In this document: in pieces, positions 29,549 to 39,387 of the stretch
How the letters are laid out: the number at the start of each line of letters is the position of its first letter
How positions within the stretch are numbered: position 1 is the first letter of the stretch
Source: Candidatus Latescibacterota bacterium
Lineage (GTDB): Bacteria; Latescibacterota; UBA2968; UBA8231
Length of the DNA stretch: 64,000 bases
Direction: 5' to 3'
Assembly (NCBI GenBank): GCA_965197905.1
Contig: CBDAOB010000005.1
Coordinates: 1,760,001 to 1,824,000 of the forward strand
Made by a program: the position numbers and the translations under genes
The notes under the pieces: generated by a model
Databases searched by the model: none
What the model was told of the DNA's origin: nothing
Seen by the model: the letters and a program-made list of their open reading frames with translations, nothing else

Positions 29549-31348
29549 TCAGGAATCCATCTGCAACGCTGCTAGAAAAGCCTCCTGGGGTATGTCGACC
29601 TTACCGAACTGCTTCATCCGCTTCTTTCCCTCCTTCTGCCGCTCGAGCAGCTTCCGCTTCCTGGTAACGTCACCTCCGTAACACTTGGCGATAACGTTTT
29701 TGCGAAACGGCCGGACCACCTCCCGTGCGATCACCTTACTCCCCAACGCTCCTTGAATAACCACCTCGAACATCTGCCGGGGTATCAGATCCTTCAACTT
29801 CAGACAGAACTGCCTCCCCCAATCCTGGGCCTTATCGCGGTGGATAATGGCAGAGAGAGCATCGAGAGGCTCGCCGTTAATGAGGATGTCCAGCTTTGAC
29901 AGGGCTCCGGCGCGCATCTCCTTGTGCTCGTAGTCGAAGGAGGCGTACCCTCGCGACGCCGACTTCACGCGGTCGTAGAAGTCGATGACAATCTCCGAAA
30001 GTGGGATCTCGTAGTGCAGAATCGCACGGCTGCCATCTAGATACTCGGTATTTAGATATTGACCACGGCGATCTTCGGCAATCTTCATGATCGCACCGAT
30101 GTGTTCGCTGGGAACCAGGATCTGAATGTCCAAAATCGGCTCGCGGATCTCGTCGGTCTCACCCGCCGATGGCAGGAGTGAAGGGTTTTCCACCTCAATG
30201 ACCGTCCCGTTCTTGAGCGCCACCTCGTAACGTACGTTCGGCAAGGTGGTGATGATCTCCACCTGATGTTCACGGTCTAACCGCTCCTGGATGATCTCCA
30301 TGTGCAGCAAGCCCAGAAAGCCGCACCTGAAGCCGAAACCGAGCGCCGGCGAGGTCTCGGGCTCATAGGAAAACGCCGCGTCGTTCAGGGACAGACGCGC
30401 CAAGGCGTCGCGCAATTCTTCGTACTGCTCCGGTCGTACCGGATAGATGCCGCTGAAAACCATTGACTTCAACGGCTGAAACCCAGGGAGGGCAACGCTC
30501 GTCGGCCGTTTTGCGTCCGCCACCGTGTCCCCGACCCGGGCTTCCGCTAACACCTTGACACCGGCGATGAGATAGCCCACTTCTCCGGTTTGCAGACTCT
30601 CCCGCGGTATGCGTTTCAGCAGTAGCGTTCCCACCTCCTCAACCTCGTACTCATGTCCTGTTGAAGAAAGGCGAATTTTCTGGCCCCGAGATATGCTGCC
30701 GTCCACCACGCGAATCAAACAGACCACTCCGCGGTACTGATCGTAAACCGAATCGAACATCAGAGCGCGCAGGGGCGCTTCTGCGTCACCGGAGGGAGGT
30801 GGAATCTTCTCCACGATGGCGTCCAGCACCGCTTCGATACCCACCCCGTCCTTGGCGCTGATTCTCAAGATCTCCTCTTGCTCACCACCCATCAGATCCC
30901 ATATCTGTTGCTGCACTTGCTCCGGTTGAGCCCCCGGAGAGTCGATCTTATTCAGCACGGGAATGATTGCCAGGTCGTTACCAACGGCCAGCAGCAGATT
31001 GCTCACGGTCTGCGCCTCCACACCTTGGCTGGCGTCGACGACCAATACGGCGCCCTCGCACGCCGCCATTGTTCGCGAAACCTCGTAGGCAAAGTCGACA
31101 TGCCCTGGAGTGTCTATGAGATTGAACTCGTAGAGCTCTCCATCGGCGGCTTTGAAGCTCATGCGTACCGCATGCGACTTTATGGTTATTCCCCTCTCCC
31201 GCTCCAGGTCCATGTTATCCAGCACCTGCGCTTTCATCTGGTTGGAGGAAAGGGTATGCGTCAGCTCCAACAGGCGGTCGGCAAGTGTGGATTTCCCGTG
31301 GTCGATATGGGCAATGATGCAGAAATTGCGAATCTGTGCGCTACGCAT
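29549..31348 (-). CDS. lepA: Translation elongation factor 4
   Basis: IRNFCIIAHIDHGKSTLADR, ERERGITIK, GFRCGFLGLLH, KCYGGDVTRKRKLL. Confidence 0.98.
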   Translation of the reverse strand: MRSAQIRNFCIIAHIDHGKSTLADRLLELTHTLSSNQMKAQVLDNMDLERERGITIKSHAVRMSFKAADGELYEFNLIDTPGHVDFAYEVSRTMAACEGAVLVVDASQGVEAQTVSNLLLAVGNDLAIIPVLNKIDSPGAQPEQVQQQIWDLMGGEQEEILRISAKDGVGIEAVLDAIVEKIPPPSGDAEAPLRALMFDSVYDQYRGVVCLIRVVDGSISRGQKIRLSSTGHEYEVEEVGTLLLKRIPRESLQTGEVGYLIAGVKVLAEARVGDTVADAKRPTSVALPGFQPLKSMVFSGIYPVRPEQYEELRDALARLSLNDAAFSYEPETSPALGFGFRCGFLGLLHMEIIQERLDREHQVEIITTLPNVRYEVALKNGTVIEVENPSLLPSAGETDEIREPILDIQILVPSEHIGAIMKIAEDRRGQYLNTEYLDGSRAILHYEIPLSEIVIDFYDRVKSASRGYASFDYEHKEMRAGALSKLDILINGEPLDALSAIIHRDKAQDWGRQFCLKLKDLIPRQMFEVVIQGALGSKVIAREVVRPFRKNVIAKCYGGDVTRKRKLLERQKEGKKRMKQFGKVDIPQEAFLAALQMDS

Positions 31349-31403
31349 CATTCGGAAAACGGCAATGGGGTTGGGGTGGAAAGGTCGGGAATGGGTGTTT
31401 TTT

Positions 31404-31432
31404 AAGGTACTTCCGTCAATTTTTAGTGTCAA
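31404..31432 (-). promoter_or_regulatory. Sigma70-type promoter upstream of lepA
   Basis: Minus strand TTGACA-17 bp-TACCTT in the 118-bp gap before lepA. Confidence 0.7.
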
Positions 31433-31466
31433 CCAGAGGGCCGGCAGGAGTAGGCTGCCGCCGCGC

Positions 31467-33617
31467 CTACGGCGAGGTTTCTGTGGCCTTCGACAGGATC
31501 CGCAGGTTTTCCAACGCCCGCCCATGAGTTGGTTCGATCTCTAAAGCCCGACGAGAGATTTCTACAGCCTGGTCGATTCTTCCCACGGCGGCATAGGCCG
31601 ACGCCAGATTGTCGTACAAACCCAGGTTGCGGGAATCCGCGCTCAAGGCCAGCTCGTACTGCTCGATCGCCTCGGAGATTCTGTCCGTATGACGATAAGC
31701 CGCGGCGAGCCGGCTGTGAATCCCGGGTGATCGGCTGGCCTTCAGCGCCGTTTCGAAGGCGGCGGCCGCCTCTACCCACGCTTCATTCCGGGCGCGAATC
31801 TTTCCCAGCTCGACCCAGAGTTCGCTCCGGTGAGGGAATTCAGCTGCAAGGGTTTGGTACACCGTGCCGGCATCGAGTCTGAGCGCCTTCAGCTCGATCG
31901 AACGCAAGCTGATTCGAGCTTCTTCGTAATTTGGATCGGCTGCTATCGCCTTGCGCAGGGTGAAAATGGCGTCATCGTCTTCCCCGATATCGGCCAACAG
32001 CAAACCCAGATTGTTCAACGTCTCCGGGTCACCGGGCGCAAGCCGTAACGCACGGTCGTACGAGCTCCTCGCAGCCTCTATGCCTCCGGCGCGATGATGG
32101 GCCAGACCGGTGTTGGTGTGCGCCGCTAGGTGGAGCGAATCGATCGCAGTTGCCCGCCTCAGTACCGCCAACCCTTCAACGAATGCACCCTTGTTCACCA
32201 ATAGACTGCCCAGATTGTTGTGCATTCCGGCAAGGTGAGGTTGTAGCTCAACTGCTTTTCGAAAGGCAGATTCCGCGCCGTCCAGATCTCCTCTCTCCTC
32301 AAGAGCCAGACCTAGGTTGTTCCAGGTCTTTCCGTACCCCGGATTCAGGGCAACTGCGCGCCGGAGTGTTTCCACGGCAAGGGCCGGTTGACCTCGGTTG
32401 AGTTGGGCCAGTCCAAGGTTGCTCCGAACCCGAAACATCCGGGGCGCTTTCCTGGCGGCATCACTCCACAGGGTGTATTCGTCGACCCATGACGTATTGC
32501 GCTGCATCGAAAGCAACGACCACAACACTAGTAGAATCAACCCGGGGACCAGGAGTCGGGTGCGATGGCGCCTGGCGCATAACCACACCGTCCCCACGAC
32601 GGCCAACAGCACGCCAACCGATGCCAGGTACAGTCTGTGCTCGCTCACCAGCACATTTAGGGGAAGAAAAAAGGTGGGAGCCATACAGGCGAAGAACCAG
32701 GCGGACCCTATGGCTGCGGGCTCGCGAACTTTGAGTGAGCGGCAGGTAAGGAATCCGATGCTGCACAACATTATCAAGGCGGCAACCACCGCCGGGTCGC
32801 CGAACCCAACGCTTTCCTCAAACGCATGTTCTACGCTCTGGCCGATCGGCACCAACAGCAGTTTTGCGTAGTAGACGAGCCCCTTTGTCTGGGTCGCCCA
32901 TTGGGCGACCCACGGGCGAACCTCCTGAGCCAGGGATTTGGGCAGGAAATCGTTCATCCAGATGACACCGAGATACAGCACCGTCACCGACCAGAAAGGT
33001 AGGTGCCACAAGGTCGACTTGCCGGGGCTGATTTTCGGTCGTCGATAGAGCAGCAACAGCGGTAGGAGTGCGATTGCCGTCGACTTGGTGAGCAGGGCGA
33101 ACGCGTAGCTTGCAACCGACCACACGCGACGATATCCGTACGCCACCCCGCACATTGCCAATAGCACGCCGGCCGCGCTTAGTGAGACAGAACGGCTGCT
33201 GATGTAGTTGACCGCCTGGGTCTGAATCGGATGGACCGCAAACAAAACACCACCCCAAAAACCGACCCATTTGCCCTGCCAATTGGCAAGAATCAGAAAT
33301 GTCAGAATGGCGACGACACCGTGGATCGCGATGTTGGTGCCTAGGTATCCCCGCGGCTCGTACTCACCGGCCGCGTAATTGAAAGCGAACGAGCTGACCA
33401 GAACCGGTCGGTACATCGCCATGGTGGGCTCGCCCGAAAAGGTCTCTGGCTCCAGGAAGAAGCTTGGCAGGTTGGCCAGGCTGCGAATGTGGGGATTTTC
33501 GACAATGGAATGGCTGTCGTCGTAGTGAAACGAATTCTGGAAGCTGTTGGCGTAAACGGCGACGATCAGCGCCAAGATGGCCAGTGCGAGCACATCTTTT
33601 CGAGACGTGACGATCAT
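31467..33617 (-). CDS. TMTC-like GT-C glycosyltransferase + TPR repeats (paralog 1, most 3')
   Basis: FHYDD.HSIVENP, MYRP, HP...AVNYISSRS, PLNVLVSEHRLYL, RNTSW; multiple TMs then TPRs. Confidence 0.85.
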   Translation of the reverse strand: MIVTSRKDVLALAILALIVAVYANSFQNSFHYDDSHSIVENPHIRSLANLPSFFLEPETFSGEPTMAMYRPVLVSSFAFNYAAGEYEPRGYLGTNIAIHGVVAILTFLILANWQGKWVGFWGGVLFAVHPIQTQAVNYISSRSVSLSAAGVLLAMCGVAYGYRRVWSVASYAFALLTKSTAIALLPLLLLYRRPKISPGKSTLWHLPFWSVTVLYLGVIWMNDFLPKSLAQEVRPWVAQWATQTKGLVYYAKLLLVPIGQSVEHAFEESVGFGDPAVVAALIMLCSIGFLTCRSLKVREPAAIGSAWFFACMAPTFFLPLNVLVSEHRLYLASVGVLLAVVGTVWLCARRHRTRLLVPGLILLVLWSLLSMQRNTSWVDEYTLWSDAARKAPRMFRVRSNLGLAQLNRGQPALAVETLRRAVALNPGYGKTWNNLGLALEERGDLDGAESAFRKAVELQPHLAGMHNNLGSLLVNKGAFVEGLAVLRRATAIDSLHLAAHTNTGLAHHRAGGIEAARSSYDRALRLAPGDPETLNNLGLLLADIGEDDDAIFTLRKAIAADPNYEEARISLRSIELKALRLDAGTVYQTLAAEFPHRSELWVELGKIRARNEAWVEAAAAFETALKASRSPGIHSRLAAAYRHTDRISEAIEQYELALSADSRNLGLYDNLASAYAAVGRIDQAVEISRRALEIEPTHGRALENLRILSKATETSP

Positions 33618-35515
33618 CGAGCACTGCGCAGCAATCGCCTGGCCAACTCGACACCACGCTTGCTCTTCTCGTAAGCCGGGTTGATTTTCCAGGACTGCAT
33701 GAAAAAGCTCTCGGCCTGCTTGAAAAACTCTTGACCGTCCTCACCACTTCGCATCGCTTGCTGCCCCAAAGTGATGTAGAGATTGCCCAGATTGTTGAGC
33801 GCGTTGTAGGCACGCGGATTCAGCCCCACGGCTTTTCGGTAGGCCGCGTCGGCGTGTTCGAAGGCGCCGACGTTAAACAGGGCAAACCCCATGTTCCCAT
33901 ACGCCGCGGAATGATTCGGCAAAATCTTCAGCGCCTCGCCGTACTGTTCGATAGCCGTTGTCAGCAGCTCCTTTCGACGAATATCTCCGTCGGGCAATCC
34001 GAGCGCTCGCTGTTGGTAGGTGTTCCCCAGATTTACGAGGGCATCGGCGTACACCGGATTCAGCTCCAATGCCTTCCTGTAAGCCTCTTCCGCTTCCGCA
34101 TAGTTCCCCAGTTCGAAATTTACGCTGCCGAGATTGTTTAGAGACCGTATGGCCAGCACGTCGTCTGGCTTGACCTTGATCGCACGGCGGTAAGATGCGG
34201 CGGCCGCGCTCCAATGCCGTTTTGTGGCGACCGGGTCGAACGAGGTTCGGGCATCGTGGGTATGAGCGTTGCCCATATACAGGTGCACCCGGGGCATTTG
34301 AGGCGCCTTTGATACGGCGTCGGTCCAGAGAGTAAAATCGGTGCGCCAATCTTGATTGCGCAGGTAGGTTAGCGAGGTGAGAATCAGCAGCAGCACGGCG
34401 ACGGCAGCCATGCGTCCCTGGCGAAACCGGTGCCGGGATTCGATGGCTCGGTTGAAGAGCACCCCCAAAACGATGCAGAACGCGCCGCATGCGAGATAAA
34501 GTCGACGTTCATTCACCAGAACATTCAGCGGAATCACGCTGGCCGGCAAGAGGCTGACGACGCCCCAGAATCCAAGAAAGAACGGTAGCTTCCATCCCGC
34601 AGCTGCAAAGCGGTAAAGCAGAAACAACAGGCTGACCAGGAAGATGCCGGGCAAAATTACAGCGAGCTCGAACCCTGCATGGTGCTCGAAAAACTGGTGC
34701 TCCACGTTTAGCCCCCAGGGCCACAGGAGCAGTTTCGCGTAGTAAGCGATCGCTTTTGTTTGGGTGAATAGCTGCGTGTCGCCGTTCCTTACATGGTTGT
34801 CGAGCGAGCTGACCAGGAAACCGTTCAAGCGAATCAGGAGGAGATATCCCACGCCGGTTGCCCAAAAAATGAGGTGCCACGGGTAAAACCGATGGCGAAA
34901 AAATCGCTTCAGGTCGAACCCAGATACGAACGCAAGTTCATACGCCAGCAACACGGCGGGAAGGGTAATGACCGTGGATTTGCTGAGAAGCCCGAGTGCC
35001 AGGGCAGCCCACGATGCCAACATATACCTCAAACGCGACGCCGGCCCGGCGCGCACCAGAAAGCAGATCCCGGCGAGGTAGAACATTCCCGAAAAGCTTT
35101 CACTTCGACTGCTTATGTAGTTCACCGGCTCGGTAGCCAGCGGATAGATTGCGAAGAGAAGACCACATATGAAGCTGGCGCCGCTTCGCCCGTGCAACAA
35201 CATGCATAGCCAGGACAGCAAACAGGCGTTGACCGCGTGCAAGGCGATGTTGACAACGTGATACCCGTAAACCTCGTATTCGCCCCACGCGTAATTAAGG
35301 GCGTATGTGACCAGCAACAATGGACGGTACATGCCCTTATCGGCATCGACCGAAAACATCCCGGGAGTCGTAAAGAAGGACGGAATATTGGCGACGTCCC
35401 GCACATTGATGTTGTATTGGATGGAATGCTCGTCATCGTAGTGGAAACTGTTACTCAGGGTATTGGCAAACACCGCCGCACAAACGAGCAGGATAATCGC
35501 GCACTGCCTACTCAT
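33614..35515 (-). CDS. TMTC-like GT-C glycosyltransferase + TPR repeats (paralog 2)
   Basis: FHYDDEHSI, GMYRPLL, EPVNYISSRSE, NVEHQF, NERRLYL, TPRs. Confidence 0.85.
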   Translation of the reverse strand: MSRQCAIILLVCAAVFANTLSNSFHYDDEHSIQYNINVRDVANIPSFFTTPGMFSVDADKGMYRPLLLVTYALNYAWGEYEVYGYHVVNIALHAVNACLLSWLCMLLHGRSGASFICGLLFAIYPLATEPVNYISSRSESFSGMFYLAGICFLVRAGPASRLRYMLASWAALALGLLSKSTVITLPAVLLAYELAFVSGFDLKRFFRHRFYPWHLIFWATGVGYLLLIRLNGFLVSSLDNHVRNGDTQLFTQTKAIAYYAKLLLWPWGLNVEHQFFEHHAGFELAVILPGIFLVSLLFLLYRFAAAGWKLPFFLGFWGVVSLLPASVIPLNVLVNERRLYLACGAFCIVLGVLFNRAIESRHRFRQGRMAAVAVLLLILTSLTYLRNQDWRTDFTLWTDAVSKAPQMPRVHLYMGNAHTHDARTSFDPVATKRHWSAAAASYRRAIKVKPDDVLAIRSLNNLGSVNFELGNYAEAEEAYRKALELNPVYADALVNLGNTYQQRALGLPDGDIRRKELLTTAIEQYGEALKILPNHSAAYGNMGFALFNVGAFEHADAAYRKAVGLNPRAYNALNNLGNLYITLGQQAMRSGEDGQEFFKQAESFFMQSWKINPAYEKSKRGVELARRLLRSAR

Positions 35516-37496
35516 TATCGCCCGGTTCCGAGAGTCGCTGGAGTCTGGCCTTTGTGCGCCGGCTCATATCCGGGTCCTGGCTCAGAGACAACAAACGCCG
35601 GTAGGCCGCGGCGGCCTCGTTGTTCCTGCCGGCAGATTCCAACACATTAGCCAGCTGGAGGAATCCTAGTTCGAACGTCGGGAAATCTGCGACTAGCCGT
35701 TGATTCTGGTCGATGCTTTCGCTGTACCGTCGTTGCTGGAACAGCGCTACGGAGCGAAAGAACTGCGCCTCGGCCGTCGGCACATAACCTGCAAGAAGCG
35801 AAGCGCAAACGGACTCCACGTCGGCGTCGCTGCCCGTTTGTAGCAATTGTTGCGCAAGGCGGTTGAAGTTCTCCGCGGCATCTTTGCTTTCAGGATTGAC
35901 CGCAAGAGCGCGCCCGTAATAGAAAAGGGCGCTGTCGGTCCGGGATTCCTTTTCGTGGAGGGTGCCTAGGTTGTTGGCAACCAACTCGAAATGCACGCTG
36001 GTGTCCGTGATGGTCAGATAGACGCCGCGAGCACGCTCGCTGTGGCCGCTTCGTTGCAGAGCCCTGGCTAGATTGTAACGCACCTCCATCGCATCCTTCT
36101 TCTGGTGCAGGAGTCGTTCATATATAGCGATCGCCTGCTCCTGGTCTCCCATGGCATCGAAGACCGTGGCGAGGTTGTTCTGTGCCGCAGTGTGCTCGGG
36201 ATCGACTTCCAGGGCTTGCTCGAAGTACCCCACTGCCTCGGACATGCGCCCGGCATCTTTGGCATAATTTCCAAGATGCACGTACGCTACCGGTATGAGG
36301 GGGTGGGGTGATTTTCGCGCCGCGTCACTCCACAGGGTGTGTTCGTTTTCCCAAACATCGTTCCGCCGTACCACCAGCAGCCCAAGCAGAACGACCAGCA
36401 CAATCAGCGGCATCTGCAATCGTCGCAGCTGCCCCGGTGGAATTGAGCTGCCGATGATGATCAGCCCAATCAATGGCAGATAGAGACGGTGATCATTTAC
36501 GAGGACGTACAGCGGTACCACGGACGCCGGCGCCAGAGTGATCGCAAACCAGAGGAGTCCGAACAGCCGAATGCCCCTGCGCTCTCCGGGAGATGAAACG
36601 GCAACGGCAAAACTCAGAAGCAGCAGCAAGAACAGAAGGATGACTGGCCCTATCCCCGACTCGAAGAACTGGTGATGCACGTTCAAACCGATGGGAAAGC
36701 AGAGCAGCTTGGCGTAGTAGACCCAGGCTTTTATCTGGGTTCCCAGTTGCACATCCCAGGAGCGAACAGGGGCGTCCAGAACCGCCTTGCGAAGAAAGGA
36801 ACTCACGAGGGCAAGATAGAGGACGGAACAGAAGCCGTAGGGCAGATATCGTTGCCAGGTCCTCGCGATCGATCTGCCGGTCGTGAGATCGCGAACGAGA
36901 ATTAATGCGGGCAGGGCGATTCCCACCGATTTGGCGAGTAGTCCGAGAACAAAACAGCTTACAGAGCCAATGTAGGCGGTCCTCCCTGAAGCCCACGAGC
37001 GCTCGTACAACCAGAAGCTGGCTACCACGAACAAACCGGCCATTAGCTCCGAACGGCTGCTGATGTAGTTGACAGGCTCCGTTCCGATGGGATGCAAAGC
37101 GAACAATAGCGCTCCGAAGAAACAAAACGATCCGTTCACGTTCATCGACCCCAGAAGACACCATACGAGAAGGCTCGTGGCCGCATGCATGAGGATATTG
37201 ACGACATGATAGGAGTATACCTGGCGCTCACTCCAGACATAGTTGAGCGCAAATGAGGTGAGTAACAGGGGTCGATACATTCCCTTGTCAGCGTCCCTCG
37301 AGAAGAAGGCGGGATCGGTAAAAAAGGAAGGGATGAGGGATACATCCTCGATATGAGGGTTTTCCACTAGAACGTGGAGATCGTCATAGTGGAAGGAATT
37401 ATCGATGGAGTTTACGTAGACGAGCACGACGAATCCCGCAACCAAGCCGGGTGCCAGAAAGCGGCGGCTCTGTATGGCCTTGAGATCGTTACTCAT
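35508..37496 (-). CDS. TMTC-like GT-C glycosyltransferase + TPR repeats (paralog 3)
   Basis: FHYDDLH, GMYRPLL, EPVNYISSRSE, NDHRLYL, TPRs. Confidence 0.85.
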   Translation of the reverse strand: MSNDLKAIQSRRFLAPGLVAGFVVLVYVNSIDNSFHYDDLHVLVENPHIEDVSLIPSFFTDPAFFSRDADKGMYRPLLLTSFALNYVWSERQVYSYHVVNILMHAATSLLVWCLLGSMNVNGSFCFFGALLFALHPIGTEPVNYISSRSELMAGLFVVASFWLYERSWASGRTAYIGSVSCFVLGLLAKSVGIALPALILVRDLTTGRSIARTWQRYLPYGFCSVLYLALVSSFLRKAVLDAPVRSWDVQLGTQIKAWVYYAKLLCFPIGLNVHHQFFESGIGPVILLFLLLLLSFAVAVSSPGERRGIRLFGLLWFAITLAPASVVPLYVLVNDHRLYLPLIGLIIIGSSIPPGQLRRLQMPLIVLVVLLGLLVVRRNDVWENEHTLWSDAARKSPHPLIPVAYVHLGNYAKDAGRMSEAVGYFEQALEVDPEHTAAQNNLATVFDAMGDQEQAIAIYERLLHQKKDAMEVRYNLARALQRSGHSERARGVYLTITDTSVHFELVANNLGTLHEKESRTDSALFYYGRALAVNPESKDAAENFNRLAQQLLQTGSDADVESVCASLLAGYVPTAEAQFFRSVALFQQRRYSESIDQNQRLVADFPTFELGFLQLANVLESAGRNNEAAAAYRRLLSLSQDPDMSRRTKARLQRLSEPGDNE

Positions 37497-39387
37497 TCAG
37501 ATAGCGATCGATCTTGGATAAACGGTTCCGGACCTTTCGATAGCCCGGATTGGAATCTTCTAGCTGGCGGTAGAGCGCTCCGGCCTCCAGCAGCGGCGCA
37601 CGGCCGCTATGCTTATCTGCTCTCTCTGCCGAAGCCAGCAGAACCTCGGCCAGACTGTAGATGTAGATGGCCTCGCCGCCATTGAGCGCTACAGCCTCTC
37701 TGTAGGCGGTTCGGGCGGACTCAAGGTCTCCCAAACGCACCTGCACATTGCCCAGCCGGAAATGCGCCTCAGCGTCGTCTGGGACGAGGTTGATCGACCT
37801 CTGATACATCTCCGACGCCTCCGTGAACCTCCTACGGGCGGTGAGAGAAGCCGCCAGGTTGTAGTACGCTTCAGGAAAGTTTGGATAGAGTTGGATCGTT
37901 TTGCGATAGTAGGCAATGGCACGCTCGTGGTCTTTGGCCGCAGCGTAGATATTGCCCAGGCTGTTTAGTGCTTCCCGATACTCCGGATCAAGCTCCACCA
38001 CCTTTTCGTATTCAGCCGCCGCCGCCTGGAAGTACTGCTGGGCGTGGTTGCTGTCCGGGGCGCTCATCGCCTCTTCGTAGAGGATGTTGGCCAGGTTCGT
38101 GCGTGCCGCTCGGTGTCTGACATCCAGTTCCAATGCACGCCGATACCTCTGCTGCGCCGCGTCCCGCTTTCCTTCCAGGCGCAACGCGTTTCCCAATTCT
38201 ACATGGGCGCGCGGCATCAGAGGACTGCCCTTGGCTGCTGCTGTCCACAGGCTCACCTCGTCTGCCCAAGCGTTGTTCCGTTGGAAAGCCAGGATGAGAA
38301 AGGCCGGTAAAAGCAGATAACAAATTGCCTTGGCGGGTGCTCTGATCTGTTCGAATAAACGTGCGAAAAGGACGGCCAGAGCGACCATGGGGAGATACAA
38401 TCGATGCTCGTTGACCAGAACGTTCAACGGAACTACCAATGTGGGCGCGAGGCAAATCGGTATCCAACCCATCCAAAAGAGATTCTCCTTGGATGAAAGT
38501 CGACCCGCCAGAACCGCGAGCGACCCGAGAAACAGAAGACTCGCCACAACCGCCCCTTCCCATGGAACGTGGGACTCGAAAAACTGATGTTCCACGTTGA
38601 GTGCCACTGGCATCGACACGAGATCGACGTATTTGACGAGTGCTTTGATCTGCGTCCAAAGCTGCACGTCCAGAGCCCGAACGGGTTGTTTCAGAGAACT
38701 GCTCAGAAATCCAACTTTCCAAATGAGGATCAGATAGACTGCTGCAACACCCCAAAACCTCGCATCTCGTCGGAGTTGCCTCGCCAGGGACGCGGACTCC
38801 ACGCAGATGCCATACAAGAGCGAGATCCCCAGAAAAACCATCACAATCGATTTGGAGAGAAGGCCCAACGCGAAACAAAACAGGGCCACCCACTCCGATC
38901 CGGTTGTCTGCTGCAGCCTAAATCTGAAAGCACCGAGCAAGAAGAGCGCTGCAAGGGATTCTGAGCGGCTGCTGACGTAGTTTACCGGTTCGGTGGCAAG
39001 GGGGTGCAGAGCAAACAGGAGACTGCTGACCAGCGCGGTCCGGGTCGAAAAGCCGATCTTGAGAAGAATGCTCCAAACCAGAAGGCTGCAAGCAAGGTGT
39101 AGCACTAAGTTTGTGCTATGGAAGACCAGCGTTGAATACCCACTCCAATAGTAATCCAGCGCGTAGGTAGCCAGGAGCAACGGCCGGTACATCCCCTTCT
39201 GTGGATCGGAGGAAAACGGGCTGAGGCTGGTAAAGTATCCGGGGATGCCGTCCAGATGGCGGATATGTGGGTTTGCGACGATTGAATGAACATCGTCGTA
39301 GTGGAATCCGCCTTGCAGGGAGTTCCCATAGACCAGTGCCACTGCCAACAATAAGATCGCCGGAGCGGAGAATCGGATCGAGTTCAA
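37489..39387 (-). CDS. TMTC-like GT-C glycosyltransferase + TPR repeats (paralog 4)
   Basis: FHYDDVHSI, GMYRPLL, EPVNYVSSRSE, NEHRLYL, TPRs. Confidence 0.85.
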   Translation of the reverse strand: MNSIRFSAPAILLLAVALVYGNSLQGGFHYDDVHSIVANPHIRHLDGIPGYFTSLSPFSSDPQKGMYRPLLLATYALDYYWSGYSTLVFHSTNLVLHLACSLLVWSILLKIGFSTRTALVSSLLFALHPLATEPVNYVSSRSESLAALFLLGAFRFRLQQTTGSEWVALFCFALGLLSKSIVMVFLGISLLYGICVESASLARQLRRDARFWGVAAVYLILIWKVGFLSSSLKQPVRALDVQLWTQIKALVKYVDLVSMPVALNVEHQFFESHVPWEGAVVASLLFLGSLAVLAGRLSSKENLFWMGWIPICLAPTLVVPLNVLVNEHRLYLPMVALAVLFARLFEQIRAPAKAICYLLLPAFLILAFQRNNAWADEVSLWTAAAKGSPLMPRAHVELGNALRLEGKRDAAQQRYRRALELDVRHRAARTNLANILYEEAMSAPDSNHAQQYFQAAAAEYEKVVELDPEYREALNSLGNIYAAAKDHERAIAYYRKTIQLYPNFPEAYYNLAASLTARRRFTEASEMYQRSINLVPDDAEAHFRLGNVQVRLGDLESARTAYREAVALNGGEAIYIYSLAEVLLASAERADKHSGRAPLLEAGALYRQLEDSNPGYRKVRNRLSKIDRYLNE

